Assembly: GCA_964016885.1 (NCBI GenBank)
Contig: OZ024742.1
Span: forward strand, 19,530,001-19,594,000
DNA: 64,000 bases
DNA from: Eledone cirrhosa
Lineage: Eukaryota
Direction of reading: 5' to 3'
This document shows, one piece after another, positions 58,236 to 64,000 of this stretch. The stretch's first letter is position 1; each line of letters begins with the position of its first letter. The position numbers and the translations under genes are program-made. The notes beneath the pieces are model-generated. The model did not search any database, was not told where the DNA came from, and worked only from the letters and a program-made list of their open reading frames with translations.

Positions 58236-58270
58236 TATGTATATACATATATATATATATATATATACAC

Positions 58271-58304
<34 letters not shown>

Positions 58305-58340
58305 GTATATATATACATATATATATACATATATATATAC

Positions 58341-58377
<37 letters not shown>

Positions 58378-58378
58378 G

Positions 58379-58429
<51 letters not shown>

Positions 58430-58625
58430 ATATTTGGGGAGGGTCATATTTGCGTAATATTGCCAGAATTAATAACAGAACACACTCACTGTTTGGTTGG
58501 TTTTCGCTTCTCGCTGTCTTTTATATATATATATCTGCGATCTAACTTACTCGGTCCTCAATGTTGCCATTGACTGACCGGCGGTCAAAAATAATACAGA
58601 TACAATATAGACAAACACATATATA

Positions 58626-58680
58626 TATAGTTTACATAAATCTTTCGTTGCACATCTGCAACATCGTCAGTGGTGTTATA
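58626..58680 (-). ncRNA. Hammerhead ribozyme in the PLE pseudo-LTR
   Basis: CA-CUGACGA-U-GUUGCA-GAUG-UGCAAC-GAAA-GAUU-UA-UG; stem I is short or interrupted. Confidence 0.7.
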
Positions 58681-58937
58681 TTCATTGTTCCTCCTGTTGT
58701 GTTGTATGTCTACGCCATTTTTTTTGTTCAGTCTGTCTATATATTTATTTATTTATTTGCTTGTTTGTTTATCTTATTTTATTTTGTCTTCTTTGCGCAT
58801 GCGTTTGCGTGTGTGTATAGTGTGTGATGTGTGACTAGTGTGTATAGTGTTGTGTCTGCTGGGTGACTAGTGTGTGTTTATGTGCTTGTGTATGTATTTA
58901 TTTATCTTATTTTATTTAATTTAATTTACTTATTTAT

Positions 58938-61900
58938 TTATACTTCTCTTAGGTCAGTGTTGTTTGTTTGGGTGTTGTTGTTGTTCCACTCATTCTTTCT
59001 GTTTAGCTTTGGTCTTCTAATTTCTATTTCACTGGCCTCTCTGATTTGCCTATCTGCTGGGTCATTCCTATGTTTAGATATTATTCTAATTTCTATGTTG
59101 TCTATGTTACCGTCATGATGTTGTCTAGCATGTTCGTATAGTACTGACCCGTTTTTTCGTCCTTTTAGTTCCCCCCAGTGTTGGTCTATCCTTTCACCTA
59201 TGCTACGAGCTGTCTCACCTACGTATGTTGTTGTCGTGTTTCTGCAAGTACCCTCTGTACATCTTATGCTATAGACTACGTTTCTAGTTTTACAGTTTAT
59301 CCGGGGGTTCACCTTACATATGATACATTTCCTATTGGTACAGTGGGTTTTCTTAAAAGGGTAGGTTTTGCTGATCAGGGATTTTATGGTGGTTCCTGGC
59401 TTTTCTACCACCTTTATTTTTAAGTGGGTCTTTCTCAGGGCCTTTCTACACTGGTTAGCTAATTTCCCTCCAGGGGTGGCGTCCACAAACATGACACTCT
59501 GATATCTCCTCTGGTTGTCGTACCATGATGTGGCCTTCCCTATCTTATGTCTAGCCCTATCTAAGCTATTCCATGATTTGCTCCTGTATAGTGGGTAAAT
59601 TCCTTTCATGTCCAGTTCTATGAGGGTCTTATACTTTTCCATGGCTCCTTCGTATACTCTGACTCTGTCTCTTTGGTTGTAGCCAGAGAACTGCATGCGG
59701 TTGATGAAGTGTTGGATGTGTCCTTCCATTTCTGTTGGGTCGCACATGCTGGACACATTCTTCATCACTCGTACCAAATCTGCGATCAGAATATTAAACT
59801 TAGCACTACTGGACATTGCTGAGTTTTTGAGTATCAGGTATTTGGAGGCCATGGGTTTAGCATAGTGTGAGTGGAGAATTTGGGCTCTCTCGTCTATAGT
59901 GTTAATCCAGAGTTCTGTGTCTAATACAGGTAGTCTATTGTTAGGGTGTTTGGAAGGGAAGTCTATAGTTACAGTTATACTCTGGTGTATGGAATTAGCT
60001 ATCTGCTGGATGCTTTCCATCGTGCTACGTTCTAAATCAAACTTGTTAGTGCTCTCTAGTGGGGGTGTTCTTATAACTATATTGATATCGTCTACATAAC
60101 GAGAGTACATGATGAGGTCTATGGAGCTTTCATTAAGGAGATCTTTAAGTCTCCTTTCCCACCATACCATGAAAAGGTTGGCAACATCGCCAGCTATGCT
60201 GACGCCGATGGCTGCTCCCTCATTTTGGGTGTAGATTTTCTCATTGAACTTAAATATGTGGCCCTTTAGGGTAGTTTTGATACTAGCCCCTATTGCATGT
60301 GCGACCATTTTTCTTACCTGATCAGTGTTTTGGGGGGTCCGTATAGCTTTGGTCCACCCAATCCACCTTCCTATGGGAGTCTTTTTAGCCATTGAGGTTA
60401 TGGTGGGGGGTCTACCTCTTATAGGTCTACTAGGGCAGAAACATCTAAGGTCATGGCTGTCTAGGTAGTCAGTGTCGTAGGTAAGTCTAAGTAGGAGGCC
60501 CAGTTCGTCCGTGTCGACGTCGCAGAACTCCACCTCACTCTCAATGATCATCTCCACACATCTTTTCACAGCAAAATCAATGTTAATGGATGGGTACAGT
60601 GACACCACATCCATGCTGCCTATTATGCAGTTGGATAGGCTCCTGTTTTTGTTGCACTCACTGATTCTGCTGAGGAGGTCCTCTGTACTTTCACATACAT
60701 CTGGGGACATCTTGATTATGGGGCGTATAACCATTGAGAGGAAGTAGGAGATCCTGTAGTTGCTAGCTATATTAGCTCCGCATACAGGTCTTGTTGGTGG
60801 TCCTATTGTCGGGTCGTCGACTGTCTTGTGGTCTTTGCGGAGCCCATACAAGGGTGGTATGCCATTGTTAGACGCCTGGAAGTTGTTGGCAGTGCGTCTG
60901 CTTGGCTTTAGGATGTCAGTCCACATCATCATGTGAGCGTTGAGGATTTTTTCTCTCCCATCGTGTGTTAGTTGTGCAACTTCGCTCGTGTTGGTGATGT
61001 GGGGTTGCATTGCCTCGATGTAGTTCGGCATGCTATCTATTGACATCCTACCAGACTTATCTGTGGGTAGACACACTACCTCACCATCCCTTGTGCGCTG
61101 CTTGAGGCTAACCAAGCCTTCTACAGGTTTTATCCCAAGTTGTTGGGCCTCTGGTCTGCTCTGTCTCATAGTGTACCTGTCTACTACTTGTCTAATCTTA
61201 TTTCTAGCTATGGTGAACTGTGCCTCCGTCTCGTCATCTATTTGTTGTGGTATGCAAACTCTTTTATTAAAGGGTAACCTCGTAGGATAGATATTACCCA
61301 TCTTATATGTTTTGTCAGCTGGGTTGAAAAATAGTTTCTCTAAGGGGTTGTCGTTATTTCTATCGTCATAGTTGTGTGTGTTGCTATTATTGTTATCATG
61401 GTGGTTGTTGTTGTTTCTATCCTTAGCATTAATATTATTATTGTTATGATTGCTAGATGTATTGTTGTTTACTTCACCGTTATTGTTGTTGTTACTGCTA
61501 TTTCTACCATTGTGGTTGTTACTATTATTATGTTTCTTGTTTTTGTTGATGTTGCTACATGTACTATTTCCATTATTACCACTGTGGTTATTGTTGTTGT
61601 TGTTGTTCGTATTGTTACCGTTATTACTACTGTGGTCACTGTTGCTGTGTCTGTGGTTAACGTTTCTATTATTATTATTATTGTGGTTGTTGTTGTTCTG
61701 TCTATCGCTAGTATTATTACCATTATCACTATTTCTCACTTTCCTGCCATTGTTATGGTTATGGCTGTTATTTCTATACCCAGAGTTATTGTTTATATTA
61801 CTACTACCGTTATTATTGTTGTTGTTGTTTACCTTTGCATTCCAACGTATTTTTGTGAAACACTTTTCCAGCTCCGTTTTGCATTCCATAGGATTAATCT

Positions 61901-62570
61901 TTTTGTAGATGGCAAATTTTGGTGGTAACTTTAGGATTTGTTGTTCTTGTTCACTGATTAAAGTGTTCCCATAGATATTTACTGTGTGGTCATTGGTAAA
62001 TTCTTCCGGTAGTTTTACATCACTCATACGGATGTTGTCGATGTTATCTGGGTATTTTTGAGAATATTCGATTTTCCTTTCTTGTAGTTTTTTCTTATTC
62101 ATCCATTCTAATTTCTTCTTGAAATGCCTACAGCATTCGTTTTGAGCATATTTCGTTTCGCGTCGGATGACGCTCATGAAGTCATCTCTCTCGTTTGCTG
62201 TGATGAGATTTCGGATTTCCTTACCGTTGATGCGTTTTTGTCTGTAGAGTGCGTTGACTTTTGTGTATGTTGTTCTTTTCATATTAACTGTTATTGTGTG
62301 TTTTAGCCGTTCAGCTTGTGTTTTGTTCAATAATAAATTATTTACTTGTTTTGATATGTTTGTTGTGTATGTTTTGGAGGAAACACAGTGTTTTAAGAAG
62401 CGGATTTGTTCTGTTGTTATTGTAGTTTTTATATAACAGAAAACAGTGTCTTTCAATAACCTTTCAGCTTGGCACAAGCTAATGCCATAGCGGCGATGAA
62501 TTAGTTTTGCGAGGTTTTTTATATGAAATCGTGTGTCGAAACAGATATTGTTATATTTGGGGAGGGTCAT
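58938..62570 (-). CDS. PLE polyprotein: reverse transcriptase plus C-terminal GIY-YIG endonuclease, 1210 aa
   Basis: LYGLRKDHK..RPV, SMDVVSLYPSI, QNEGAAIG, YSRYVDD, LPVLD; Cys linker CxxxxCxxC; VVYSIRC..C..YVGET..R..H..H..E..LN. The linker suggests Neptune/Nematis rather than Penelope/Poseidon. Confidence 0.95.
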   Translation of the reverse strand: MTLPKYNNICFDTRFHIKNLAKLIHRRYGISLCQAERLLKDTVFCYIKTTITTEQIRFLKHCVSSKTYTTNISKQVNNLLLNKTQAERLKHTITVNMKRTTYTKVNALYRQKRINGKEIRNLITANERDDFMSVIRRETKYAQNECCRHFKKKLEWMNKKKLQERKIEYSQKYPDNIDNIRMSDVKLPEEFTNDHTVNIYGNTLISEQEQQILKLPPKFAIYKKINPMECKTELEKCFTKIRWNAKVNNNNNNNGSSNINNNSGYRNNSHNHNNGRKVRNSDNGNNTSDRQNNNNHNNNNNRNVNHRHSNSDHSSNNGNNTNNNNNNNHSGNNGNSTCSNINKNKKHNNSNNHNGRNSSNNNNNGEVNNNTSSNHNNNNINAKDRNNNNHHDNNNSNTHNYDDRNNDNPLEKLFFNPADKTYKMGNIYPTRLPFNKRVCIPQQIDDETEAQFTIARNKIRQVVDRYTMRQSRPEAQQLGIKPVEGLVSLKQRTRDGEVVCLPTDKSGRMSIDSMPNYIEAMQPHITNTSEVAQLTHDGREKILNAHMMMWTDILKPSRRTANNFQASNNGIPPLYGLRKDHKTVDDPTIGPPTRPVCGANIASNYRISYFLSMVIRPIIKMSPDVCESTEDLLSRISECNKNRSLSNCIIGSMDVVSLYPSINIDFAVKRCVEMIIESEVEFCDVDTDELGLLLRLTYDTDYLDSHDLRCFCPSRPIRGRPPTITSMAKKTPIGRWIGWTKAIRTPQNTDQVRKMVAHAIGASIKTTLKGHIFKFNEKIYTQNEGAAIGVSIAGDVANLFMVWWERRLKDLLNESSIDLIMYSRYVDDINIVIRTPPLESTNKFDLERSTMESIQQIANSIHQSITVTIDFPSKHPNNRLPVLDTELWINTIDERAQILHSHYAKPMASKYLILKNSAMSSSAKFNILIADLVRVMKNVSSMCDPTEMEGHIQHFINRMQFSGYNQRDRVRVYEGAMEKYKTLIELDMKGIYPLYRSKSWNSLDRARHKIGKATSWYDNQRRYQSVMFVDATPGGKLANQCRKALRKTHLKIKVVEKPGTTIKSLISKTYPFKKTHCTNRKCIICKVNPRINCKTRNVVYSIRCTEGTCRNTTTTYVGETARSIGERIDQHWGELKGRKNGSVLYEHARQHHDGNIDNIEIRIISKHRNDPADRQIREASEIEIRRPKLNRKNEWNNNNTQTNNTDLREV

Positions 62571-62748
62571 ATTTGCGTAATATTGCCAGAATTAATAACA
62601 GAACACACTCACTGTTTGGTTGGTTTTCGCTTCTCGCTGTCTTTTATATATATATATCTGCGATCTAACTTACTCGGTCCTCAATGTTGCCATTGACTGA
62701 CCGGCGGTCAAAAATAATACAGATACAATATAGACAAACACATATATA

Positions 62749-62803
62749 TATAGTTTACATAAATCTTTCGTTGCACATCTGCAACATCGTCAGTGGTGTT
62801 ATA
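62749..62803 (-). ncRNA. Hammerhead ribozyme, second PLE unit
   Basis: Copy of 58626-58680, ~180 nt upstream of the ATG at 62570. Confidence 0.7.
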
Positions 62804-63060
62804 TTCATTGTTCCTCCTGTTGTGTTGTATGTCTACGCCATTTTTTTTGTTCAGTCTGTCTATATATTTATTTATTTATTTGCTTGTTTGTTTATCTTAT
62901 TTTATTTTGTCTTCTTTGCGCATGCGTTTGCGTGTGTGTATAGTGTGTGATGTGTGACTAGTGTGTATAGTGTTGTGTCTGCTGGGTGACTAGTGTGTGT
63001 TTATGTGCTTGTGTATGTATTTATTTATCTTATTTTATTTAATTTAATTTACTTATTTAT

Positions 63061-64000
63061 TTATACTTCTCTTAGGTCAGTGTTGTTTGTTTGGGTGTTG
63101 TTGTTGTTCCACTCATTCTTTCTGTTTAGCTTTGGTCTTCTAATTTCTATTTCACTGGCCTCTCTGATTTGCCTATCTGCTGGGTCATTCCTATGTTTAG
63201 ATATTATTCTAATTTCTATGTTGTCTATGTTACCGTCATGATGTTGTCTAGCATGTTCGTATAGTACTGACCCGTTTTTTCGTCCTTTTAGTTCCCCCCA
63301 GTGTTGGTCTATCCTTTCACCTATGCTACGAGCTGTCTCACCTACGTATGTTGTTGTCGTGTTTCTGCAAGTACCCTCTGTACATCTTATGCTATAGACT
63401 ACGTTTCTAGTTTTACAGTTTATCCGGGGGTTCACCTTACATATGATACATTTCCTATTGGTACAGTGGGTTTTCTTAAAAGGGTAGGTTTTGCTGATCA
63501 GGGATTTTATGGTGGTTCCTGGCTTTTCTACCACCTTTATTTTTAAGTGGGTCTTTCTCAGGGCCTTTCTACACTGGTTAGCTAATTTCCCTCCAGGGGT
63601 GGCGTCCACAAACATGACACTCTGATATCTCCTCTGGTTGTCGTACCATGATGTGGCCTTCCCTATCTTATGTCTAGCCCTATCTAAGCTATTCCATGAT
63701 TTGCTCCTGTATAGTGGGTAAATTCCTTTCATGTCCAGTTCTATGAGGGTCTTATACTTTTCCATGGCTCCTTCGTATACTCTGACTCTGTCTCTTTGGT
63801 TGTAGCCAGAGAACTGCATGCGGTTGATGAAGTGTTGGATGTGTCCTTCCATTTCTGTTGGGTCGCACATGCTGGACACATTCTTCATCACTCGTACCAA
63901 ATCTGCGATCAGAATATTAAACTTAGCACTACTGGACATTGCTGAGTTTTTGAGTATCAGGTATTTGGAGGCCATGGGTTTAGCATAGTGTGAGTGGAGA
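63061..64000 (-). CDS. C-terminal part of a second PLE ORF, running off the window
   Basis: The track's 304-aa translation is identical to the C-terminus of the 1210-aa ORF. Confidence 0.9.
   Translation of the reverse strand, partial: LHSHYAKPMASKYLILKNSAMSSSAKFNILIADLVRVMKNVSSMCDPTEMEGHIQHFINRMQFSGYNQRDRVRVYEGAMEKYKTLIELDMKGIYPLYRSKSWNSLDRARHKIGKATSWYDNQRRYQSVMFVDATPGGKLANQCRKALRKTHLKIKVVEKPGTTIKSLISKTYPFKKTHCTNRKCIICKVNPRINCKTRNVVYSIRCTEGTCRNTTTTYVGETARSIGERIDQHWGELKGRKNGSVLYEHARQHHDGNIDNIEIRIISKHRNDPADRQIREASEIEIRRPKLNRKNEWNNNNTQTNNTDLREV

Larger units (their letters stand above)
58422..64000 (-). mobile_element. Penelope-like retroelement, head-to-tail tandem with 4123-bp period, abutting (TA)n
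   Basis: 62545-64000 repeats 58422-59877; duplicated ORFs in the track are offset by 4123. Confidence 0.95.

Noticed and set aside
61374-61928. Hydrophobic membrane-protein ORFs
   Set aside because: Antisense shadows of the Asn-rich tract.
58938-62570. Selenoprotein-type or N-terminal-endonuclease (Naiad/Chlamys) PLE
   Set aside because: The endonuclease is C-terminal and the ORF has no in-frame TGA.

Overview
AT-rich animal genomic DNA made almost entirely of repeats, with no recognisable host gene. The repeat complement resembles cephalopod (octopus-like) genomes, but that is an inference. Nearly all long ORFs in the track are translations of simple repeats. Genuine coding content is retroelement-derived: an intact 1210-aa Penelope-like element (PLE) ORF (RT plus C-terminal GIY-YIG) in a head-to-tail 4123-bp tandem, a GIY-YIG fragment from a second PLE lineage, and CR1/L2-group, RTE and probable CRE-type LINE fragments. 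tRNA-derived SINEs and hAT-type MITEs are also present. Three features stand out. (1) At least nine complete minimal type I hammerhead ribozyme motifs occur here, most in small non-coding elements inside (TA)n tracts; several have greatly elongated stem II (up to 116 nt) and form fold-backs, including a spacer-less 1.9-kb palindrome. (2) GTAGAT(AT)n arrays copy the terminus of one of these elements. (3) An 18.3-kb 44/45-bp satellite has expanded inside a single SINE from its CORE-like domain and contains a 7177-bp block duplication. All structures were read by eye; nothing was computed or searched.
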